DNA of 64,000 bases, taken from contig OZ025685.1 of assembly GCA_964019335.1 (NCBI GenBank), positions 248,001-312,000 of the forward strand, given 5' to 3'. The notes beneath the pieces were generated by a model. That model saw only the letters and a program-made list of their open reading frames with translations, was not told the origin of the DNA and ran no database searches. Position 1 is the first letter of the stretch; each line of letters opens with the position of its first letter. The stretch is from Diplonema japonicum. Its lineage: Eukaryota; Protista; Euglenozoa: Diplonemea. Positions 56,071 to 64,000 of the stretch are shown one piece after another. The position numbers and the translations under genes were made by a program.

Positions 56071-58131
56071 ATGGCGGACCTTGAAATTGGAGAGTATGCG
56101 GAAGGTTTTTGGTTTGGCAGATGGTACCCATGCAAAATTTTGAAAATCCGTGATGCTTATCTACCAGGCGTTGAGGGGGTGCAAGAGCAGTATGGAAAGG
56201 AGAGGGAAAAGGTGAACCAGCTCATGGACGTTCAATGGGCCGACGGGACCGAGACGAGAAAGGTACCGAGGCTACAGTTGAGAAAGGTGACCATGAGAGG
56301 GAGCAACGAACCGGTAGAAACCGACAGCCCTAAGGGACACCGTGAGATTCTAGTAGAGGACGTTCCCACCACCGCCGTCGTTGTCCTCCCAATGGGGCCG
56401 CCTACCTTACGAGTTGTCGCGCTGATGTTCGCATGGTGCAGTGGAATTGTTTACACGGCATTAATGTTCGTTACCCCACCTGACGAGAGTACAGTAGCGT
56501 TCTGGATCTCATGTGGGTCGATCCTGGTGTCGTGTGTTTTGTTCACACTGTCGGAGCTTGCGGCTAGAAAACTTGAAAAAAAACTGAAAAAAAATGCGTA
56601 CGAACACCCATCCTCACACCGTGTGAACAAGCTCCTTCTCACCAAAGAACGCACCCGTGCCAAGACCCGCCATGCTATGCAAGATATCGTCAACACCGTC
56701 AGAGAAGAAGCCTTCAACTTAATCCACAACAACCCCGCTCTTTCAAAAGTCGAAGCGTGTTTCAAATCATCGATGCATAATAATACAGCAGATATCCTAC
56801 TCGAAGGATCCGAGTCCAACGTGGAATGGTTGACTAGATGGAAACCTATCGGCGGAACAATGCACGACTCATACGGCGAACCGTTAAAAGTCTGCTTTGG
56901 TGTGAACATGCGAAAATTGTATTTCCACTTGAAAAGCGGGTATTTAAACGGATCCTCTTATGGAGCAACACCAAAACCGGTTTTGGAGGGGCAGCGGCAA
57001 TGGGCCACTCTGGTTCAGAAAAACCCGGCGGATTGGAGGTTCAAAGCGCTTCCTTTAAGAAAAAACCAAGCGGAGGCGAGAATCGCGGAATTCATAAACG
57101 CGGACCCCGACGACACAGCTTTAATGGTGAACGCCAACGAAGCAACAGCCACCATATTAAAATCCCTCCCATGGCAAGTAGGTGACCGGTTCATGATCTT
57201 CAGTTGCGATTATGACGCCACAAAGCTAGCCGGGGAATTTTTAGAACGACACCACGGAGTGGAACTGTACGTCATGGATGTAAAGCTCCCCATCAGCGAC
57301 ATCGAATTATGCGGGCAGCTGCACTCCGTCCTCAAAACCATGAAGGACAACCACGAACCCCTCCCGATCCTCGCAAACTTCTGCCACGTTACCTCGAAAA
57401 CAGCTTATATTTTCCCCGCTACAAAACTCACTCAAATCTTCCACGCGTTCGGTATCAGTGTAATGATAGACGGAGCACAGGCCACAGGGCATCTTAACGT
57501 AAATTGTTCAGAAATTAATGCAGATTGGTACTACGGGACTGTTCACAAGTGGATGTATTCGTGTCCTGGTGTTGCTTTTCTCATCACACAGCCGCACAAG
57601 CAACGGTGTACCTTCCCGTTGACGGTGAGTTATTTTGACGGTGAGGGTTATAACAGCGAGTTTGCGTACCAAGGCCTTCGTGATGTCAGTGCTTGGATGT
57701 CTGCCATTGACGGCTTTGATTTCGTGGAAACTGTTTGTGGTGGGTGGGATGCCGTAAGAGGGTACTGCCACGAACAGGCACGAAGATGCGTTGAAATTCT
57801 AGGAGAACTGTGGGGAACTAAACCCTTCCAACAAGACCAGGCTCACTACGGTTCCCTGCCCATAATGCCCCTTCCCAACGGGGAGAATCACGCGGATCAA
57901 CGCGATGCTGTAAAGACGATGGGGTACCTGTCCGTCAAGCATGGGATCACAGCATTCGCGGTTATTGTCAACATAAGCGGGACGCCAACGCTTTGCATAC
58001 GTTGCACCTGTCAGATCTACACGCAGGATTCGGACTGGATCAGCTTGGGGAACGCCGTTTTAAACCTCGAAGGGAACTATTCGAGCCTTAATGTAATTAA
58101 AGAGCTCAGTATTCCGGCGTTGCTTACATAA
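56071..58131 (+). CDS. Class V PLP-dependent lyase (cysteine desulfhydrase/Egt2/isopenicillin-N-epimerase-like) with N-terminal Tudor-like domain and 2 TM
   Basis: YLNGSSYGATP, HVTSKTA, IDGAQATG, DWYYGTVHKW (PLP lysine); N-terminal GEYAEGFWFGRWYPCKI..DVQWADG; two hydrophobic helices. Confidence 0.85.
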   Translation: MADLEIGEYAEGFWFGRWYPCKILKIRDAYLPGVEGVQEQYGKEREKVNQLMDVQWADGTETRKVPRLQLRKVTMRGSNEPVETDSPKGHREILVEDVPTTAVVVLPMGPPTLRVVALMFAWCSGIVYTALMFVTPPDESTVAFWISCGSILVSCVLFTLSELAARKLEKKLKKNAYEHPSSHRVNKLLLTKERTRAKTRHAMQDIVNTVREEAFNLIHNNPALSKVEACFKSSMHNNTADILLEGSESNVEWLTRWKPIGGTMHDSYGEPLKVCFGVNMRKLYFHLKSGYLNGSSYGATPKPVLEGQRQWATLVQKNPADWRFKALPLRKNQAEARIAEFINADPDDTALMVNANEATATILKSLPWQVGDRFMIFSCDYDATKLAGEFLERHHGVELYVMDVKLPISDIELCGQLHSVLKTMKDNHEPLPILANFCHVTSKTAYIFPATKLTQIFHAFGISVMIDGAQATGHLNVNCSEINADWYYGTVHKWMYSCPGVAFLITQPHKQRCTFPLTVSYFDGEGYNSEFAYQGLRDVSAWMSAIDGFDFVETVCGGWDAVRGYCHEQARRCVEILGELWGTKPFQQDQAHYGSLPIMPLPNGENHADQRDAVKTMGYLSVKHGITAFAVIVNISGTPTLCIRCTCQIYTQDSDWISLGNAVLNLEGNYSSLNVIKELSIPALLT

Positions 58132-58153
58132 GGGTTTTTTTTTTTTTTTTTTT

Positions 58154-59522
58154 ATATACAGAACGAGACGAAAATTGGGAGAGGTGTGGGAGCGGTGCCA
58201 GAGACTTGCCAAAGGGTACCAAGACCCGACAAGAACGACACCTTTGGGCCCGATAGGCAACGCGATGAAGCGGTGGCTCCCGAAGATCAGCACAAACTGG
58301 GGGCAGTTCACCGAAATGCTAGCTGAGAACAAGGACAAATTCGCACATGTAGTGCGAGAAAAGCTAAGGTCGGGACGTGCGGAACACATACAGGACAGAA
58401 GACGCTCGATGGAGGGGCTAGACCGGGGCGCAGACCCACGCACGAACGACCTGTGGCGAGAGCTGATGAAACTCGGACCACAAGGAGCAATGGCAGCGAG
58501 AGACCTCCGGAGGATCGTGGCGGGAGGGGTTTTCTACATCCACCCAAAGGCGTGGTACCAGGACAACATCACCAGACGGGTACCACCCCCAGAGGGCGAG
58601 CAGAGCGAAAGCGAGGACAGCTCGGAAGAGGAAGGGGACGAGACACACGAGCGTGTGAACAAGAGACCAACAACAGACGAGGTCACATGCGACGCGTGCG
58701 GTGCGGAGGAGGACGAGAGCAACAGAAGGAAGTACATGCAGAAGTAGTGGCCAACAAGACGGAAATGCCAATCTGCATGCAGCTACATGGAACGCTCCCG
58801 CGTGGTCACCGATCACACCAACACCGGCTGAGGAAGACGCAGGACTACCTGCTGGAAGTGGTGGCAAAACGAGACCAGCTTCTCCAGGACAAGAGAATGC
58901 TAGAAACGTACCCGACGCACCCCTGGAACAGATAACGGAAGGAAACGCTCATGCGCCACCTGAATGGAAGGAGCTGAGGAAGCATGTGAGGGAGCCTGAT
59001 GATGAAGCACGGAGAAGACATCGTCAAGTGGCTCAGAAAGCTGAAGTGGTACGATGGACCGAGGAAGACGACAGTCACCACAATGGAACTCGTACTAGAC
59101 TTCGAGAACACGCTGGGCGTCGAGCCGATCACGGGGAAGAAGGGTGATCTAGACATGATACAGAAGAAACGGAGTTTCCACGGCCTCCTGGAAAGAATCC
59201 AAGAAGGGTGGGACACAGCACGCATACAGAAGAAGGTCAGAGGCAAGCGGATCTTCCCAGCGGAGAGCCAGAAGAACCACGCGCTTAGAACCATAGGTGC
59301 GAAGAAGAGTCTGGGATGGAACAGAAGGCCAGTTTTTGCATCAGAGAAAACCAAGAAGGACCTTAAGAAACTGGGCAGAAAGTGGCAAGAAGAAAGAGAG
59401 GATACTTTGAGAAAGGCAACACAGCCAAAAAAGAAAGAAAGGCCGAGGCCCCAGAAGGGAGAAAGGGGTAGATAAGTAGAGACAAGGGGGACGTTCCAAA
59501 ACAGGAACCTCCTTTATCTCAT

Positions 59523-59525
<3 letters not shown>
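58154..59525 (+). mobile_element. 5'-truncated, frameshifted LINE-like retroposon (C-terminal region)
   Basis: Broken ORFs 58175-58747, ~58750-58935 and 58999-59475 with LRRIVAGG, a CxxC remnant (CDACG) and KWLRKLKWYDG..TMELVLDFE. T19 before; 3' hairpin + CCTCCTTTATCTCAT + long T-run after. No RT domain retained, so the LINE call is inference. Confidence 0.72.
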
Positions 59526-59555
<30 letters not shown>

Positions 59556-59681
59556 CCCGTTCATGTATTTGTTGCCAGATTAAATAGCATCTGGTCTCGA
59601 GTACAGTGAGTGACTCAAGAACGGGAACAAAAAAAAGAAAAAAGAAAGGGGGGGGGAATGACTTACCGCGAACCGTAGTTT

Positions 59682-59881
59682 NNNNNNNNNNNNNNNNNNN
59701 NNNNNNNNNNNNNNNNNNNNNNNNNNNNNNNNNNNNNNNNNNNNNNNNNNNNNNNNNNNNNNNNNNNNNNNNNNNNNNNNNNNNNNNNNNNNNNNNNNNN
59801 NNNNNNNNNNNNNNNNNNNNNNNNNNNNNNNNNNNNNNNNNNNNNNNNNNNNNNNNNNNNNNNNNNNNNNNNNNNNNNNNN
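59682..59881. other. Assembly gap (200 N)
   Basis: Run of N. Confidence 1.
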
Positions 59882-60056
59882 AAAAAAAAGAAAAAAATTG
59901 TAAATGTATACACCGGCCAGAAGAAAACAAACAAAATATAAATAGAGGTAGTAAGTACAGTTCTTGACTTTTTTTTTTTTTTTTTTCCAGAACGAAAACA
60001 AAAACAAAAACAAAAACAAAAAAACCAGGCGGTGGGTACTAAAAAGAAAGTTAATA

Positions 60057-60537
60057 ATGGCGAGAATTGTTTTACCAGACCACGAGGAGGATTACGATAG
60101 TGATAGAGAAACAAGAGGAGGCATGGGTGACAGGAGGCTGAGTAAGGTTGAGGACAAGAGGCTGCGAACTGCCCTCGACATCGTGCGGAATTCGAGCCAA
60201 AAAGAGCTCAAAGAAGAGTGCCTGAGGAACGAGTGGTACACCATTGACAACGAAAAAGAGAGGAATATCCTGAAGGACTGCGTCACGGACGAAAACTTCT
60301 GGGACGAAGTGAAAGAGCTCGCAAGAAAGGAACTGGAGTCCACGCCCGACGTGATGGGGGAGGAACAGTTCAGAGCCATGTTCAAGGAATTTGACGCCGA
60401 TGGGTCAGGCAGCATCGACTCTGAAGAGCTGAGAAAACTCCTCTCAGTTGCAATGGGGATGGACTGCAGCAAAGCAGAGGTCGAGGATCTCATGAACCTT
60501 GTCGACACTGATGGTAACGCGGAAATCGATGAGGTAA

Positions 60538-60573
<36 letters not shown>

Positions 60574-61475
60574 CAGTCCGAGTTCCTTGAAATCATGAAC
60601 GCGGCGAAGGACCAGCAACAAAAGACTGCTGGTGCCTTGGTCGACAAGCCTTTGGTATATTATTATAAGAGAATTACAATAAAAAAAAAATAAAGGTTGT
60701 AGTTAACGGGCCCTCGCAGATCCCCAAGGATGTGGCGGCCAGGGTGAGGTCATCCTCCCAGTTTATTGCTGACGGTAATGAGGGTGGTGTTGGTGTCCCG
60801 CCCCCCAGGCGGGTGATGAGGTCGCCCGAGCCGGCTGAGAGGAGGCGATCGTCACCATCCCCGACCCCAGAGCCGTCTGTGAACGTCCAGGAACTGACGA
60901 GAAAAGCTTCCCTAACCATGGACAAGGGCGAGAGCAAAAGAATGCTGGGGAAGGCTACTGTCGAAGAGTACAAGGTAATTTTTTTTTTTTTTTTTTTTTT
61001 TAAACCCCCACCCCAGGACATGCTGAAGAGAAAGGCACAGCAGACACGGGCGGCCTTTGACGAACCGAAATTCACAGAACCGTATGAAACCGAAAAGGCT
61101 TCGTCTCCCGCACCTGAACCTGAGCCAGCTAGGGATCAGCCGGAATCTGAGGCAGCTCGCGCTGCGTCGCCTTCTTCCTCAAATGCATCGCCCACCCGGC
61201 TGATGCCCAGTGGGAGGCCTTGGGCGAGGTCTGCAGCGGCTGCTGTACCAGCAAAGGAGCCGGAGAACGAGTATGAGCTCAAGGAAACACGGGTTGAAGG
61301 TACGTGTGCGCCCCCTCCTATTAAGAAGCCCAGGGCATATTCATCAGTATGCGAACAAAAAAAAAAAAAAAAAAAAAATCACGCACAGACTAGCGCAAGC
61401 GGCGGAAGAGGTGTTCCCAGTTACATGAGAACCACTCAGTCCAGTAAACCTGGCAGAGGGGGTAAGAAGAAGTAG
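60057..61475 (+). CDS. EF-hand (calmodulin/centrin-like pair) protein with disordered Pro/Ser-rich tail, 5 exons
   Basis: DADGSGSIDSEE and DTDGNAEIDESE loops. Introns 60534-60576, 60655-60695, 60975-61016, 61347-61388 give a continuous frame. Confidence 0.85.
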
Positions 61476-62385
61476 ATGTTCCTTTTTTTTTTTTTTTATG
61501 GGAGGGTAGTAAGGTTGAAGGAGGGGAAGAGAAAAGGGGAAAGGAAGGTGGGAGAAAAGAAAAAAAAAAGAAGGAAAAAAAAAAAGACTTTTTTTTTGTA
61601 ATTTGTGGGGATGTAAAAAAAAAAAAAAAGAAAATAACAGGGTTTTTTTTTTATATTCCTTTTGTTCTTCCGCCCTCGTTTTCGATTAGCTGTGTTAATA
61701 CTACAGTCCATGAGCTCCAGGTTTCTCAACAAGTTTTTTTTTTCTTCTTCCTTTTGAATTCCTCTTTTTTTGAAAAATCCCCCCCTTTTTTTTTTCATAT
61801 TTTGCGATTTTTCTAATTTTCTTTTTTTTTACTCAAAAAAAAAAGCCCTCTCCGTCCTTCCTCACCCTTTTCTTCCGGCCTTTTTTTTTTCCAGCCTTTC
61901 TCCCCTCCCCCTTGGCTTTCTTTCTTTTTCTTGAGTGTTCCCCCCCTCCTCCTCTTCCCCTTTTTGTTTTGCTTAGCTGCTTGGCAGCAGGACTAAGTAA
62001 TATGGTAACAAGAAGAGAGAGAAAACATAGGCAGATTTGTGCTATTTTTTATCCCCCCCCACAGAAGAAAGACTAAAGAAGAAAAAAAATGAAAATTTTT
62101 TGTATTGTTGTTTTCCCCCCTCCCCTCTTTCTCTCTCCCCCCCCACTGCCACACTTCAAAAAGGAGAGAAAGCCCGCTATATTTTTATATGCCCACCCAC
62201 CACCACTGTACCTTTTCAATAAGGATTTTTTTTTTTTTTTATATAAGACAGAAAGTCCCCCACCCATTTGCTTTATTTTTGCTTTTTTTTTTCTCTCTCC
62301 TCCTCCCCCCTTCTTCATTGCACTCGTGGTTGCAGCGAAACCTTTTTTTTTTTTTTCGAAGGAGTTTATTTATATTAAAAGAAAA

Positions 62386-62790
62386 ATGGAAGAATTGTTC
62401 ACAGCCCAAGTGAGGCTGTGCAGCGGAAAGCGGATGGAGTTGTCAAGAAAGGAATGTCAGATACGAGGTGACGAAGGCCCTTTGCAAGGCCTGCTGGAGT
62501 ACCAAGAAGCTAGGCTTGGCAGGATCTCGTCCGAGTTCAGGAGGGTGAACAATTCTGCTCTGCTGGCTGCCGTTGAAGAACTAAGCGAGGCTGCTGCAGC
62601 AACAATGCAAGAAGCCATGGAACAAGCCGATCGCGAGAGGAGCGCAATTTTCAAGGAATTCCTATCAGTCTTGGGGACTATTCTACAACGAGATTCATAC
62701 CAAGTAAAACCCCGACAAACAAGAAACACCCCTTCCACAAGCACGCCTATACAAGTCGACACTGTTTACTTCCTACAACAATTGACATAA
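62386..62790 (+). CDS. Small hypothetical coiled-coil protein
   Basis: A-rich leader then ATG; 134-aa helical sequence of normal complexity. Confidence 0.55.
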   Translation: MEELFTAQVRLCSGKRMELSRKECQIRGDEGPLQGLLEYQEARLGRISSEFRRVNNSALLAAVEELSEAAAATMQEAMEQADRERSAIFKEFLSVLGTILQRDSYQVKPRQTRNTPSTSTPIQVDTVYFLQQLT

Positions 62791-62987
62791 AAAATAAAAA
62801 AAAAATTTTTTTTTTGTATTTGAAAAAAAAAAACCCCCCCTGAAGTAGTCAGGGTTCCCCTTTTTTTTTTTTATAGATTTTTTTTTTTTCTTTCTTTTTT
62901 TTTTTTTTTTTTCTTATGAATCAAAAAAAAAAAAAAATAGAACCCCTCAAAAAAAAAAAAAAAAAAGAAAATTATGGACACACTCCT

Positions 62988-64000
62988 ATGGCACGTCAGG
63001 TTTATTTTCTGATACTACTGTGTGTGGGAGCTGTAGGCCATGAAGGGGGTCCTGACGCCTATGGGTACCGCCCTGATAGGGGCTCGTTGGGGAATGTACA
63101 CAGAGTCGAAAGCCCAGACGGGGTGTTTCCCACTCTGTATGAGGGCGATGTGTTACGCCTCCCCGTCGAACCTTTTTGGCTCGGAAGAGAAGTTAAAATA
63201 CGGTTCGTGGGGTGGGGCTTCTGGCCAGGAATGAGATTCACCCTACAACCAGCCAACGAGACCCAGTGCTCAGAGCTTTACAACATCAACAGAAACTACA
63301 CATGGGAGGACCCTGGATACATAAACCAAACAAATCCAAAGGGGACACCCTGGATTCTCGAGACAGTCACCCCTTATACGGACAATACAAGCGTTACTGT
63401 AAGCCCCAACTACACAACGCCCACCGAGACAACATCAGTAACAGAGACCCTGAGCGAAACAGGTACTATTACCGTTACGGAGACAGGGACAGCGACGATC
63501 AGCCTGACAGAAAATCTTCCTTTGAAGGAACCGTATTTTCACGATTACTTCCCGTTCAATTTCGGTGGGATACGAAGACCGTTTGGAACTGTGGACGTTT
63601 CTGAAGACGGGACCACTGCTGTGTTCTGGGTCCCGCTTGACCCGTACTTCTTGAAGGTTGTGGATGGGTTTGTGTTTTGCTTGGAGTCGCGACAAGCAAC
63701 TTCAACTCCCGTGTTTAATACTTCAAGGGGGAATGTGACAGAAACGATGACAGAGACTGTTGATGGTGGGTTCGTGGATTTCACAATCGATTCAAAGGTC
63801 ACCCTTCAAACGTATCAGATTTTCGACGTATCTGGACCAGGTGGGGCGACAACAATTCGAAACGCAACAACATTTCAAAACAGGCAGCCTTTCACTGTTC
63901 CATTCGGCACCACTGCTGTATACGGCCTAACAGGACATATTCCTATAAACGCTTTGGATGGCGCATTCTCGAACTCTCCAAAATGCGGAAACCTGACCAC
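62988..64000 (+). CDS. Secreted/surface glycoprotein, 5' part (runs off window)
   Basis: Frame open from ATG 62988 to the window end (absent from the ORF track). Signal peptide MARQVYFLILLCVGAVG, Thr-rich segment, many N-x-S/T sites. Confidence 0.75.
   Translation, partial: MARQVYFLILLCVGAVGHEGGPDAYGYRPDRGSLGNVHRVESPDGVFPTLYEGDVLRLPVEPFWLGREVKIRFVGWGFWPGMRFTLQPANETQCSELYNINRNYTWEDPGYINQTNPKGTPWILETVTPYTDNTSVTVSPNYTTPTETTSVTETLSETGTITVTETGTATISLTENLPLKEPYFHDYFPFNFGGIRRPFGTVDVSEDGTTAVFWVPLDPYFLKVVDGFVFCLESRQATSTPVFNTSRGNVTETMTETVDGGFVDFTIDSKVTLQTYQIFDVSGPGGATTIRNATTFQNRQPFTVPFGTTAVYGLTGHIPINALDGAFSNSPKCGNLT

Overview
Gene-dense eukaryotic genomic DNA, most likely a euglenozoan protist (diplonemid-like; this is inference). 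About 20 protein genes all lie on the + strand like a polycistronic cluster, separated by homopolymer-rich spacers. Sixteen tiny (36-90 nt) GT-AG introns can be placed, mostly with GTATG-type donors and often filled with poly(A) rather than a pyrimidine tract. Recognisable genes: multi-FN3 protein, importin beta, EF-hand Kv-type channel, two TM-RING-H2 ligases (one with an FN2 domain), two MGC-acylated repeat proteins, eIF2B-alpha, RABL2, a secreted WSC protein, a 3212-aa ankyrin/polycystin channel with a putative macrodomain, casein kinase 1, a ligase III-like DNA ligase with an ALC1-type macrodomain, an EF-hand PKD2-like channel, a class V PLP lyase and an EF-hand protein. The most notable signal is a retroposon system in the spacers. 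Two ~300-nt elements (14675-14976, 19203-19515) begin exactly at the predicted cleavage site of a complete HDV-like ribozyme fold and end in a LINE-like 3' tail. Three 5'-truncated LINE-like ORF fragments and isolated 3' stem-loops accompany them, all in sense orientation and embedded in oligo(T) tracts. Several small TIR elements (MITEs) and a 200-N assembly gap are also present. All assignments are by eye; no searches were run.
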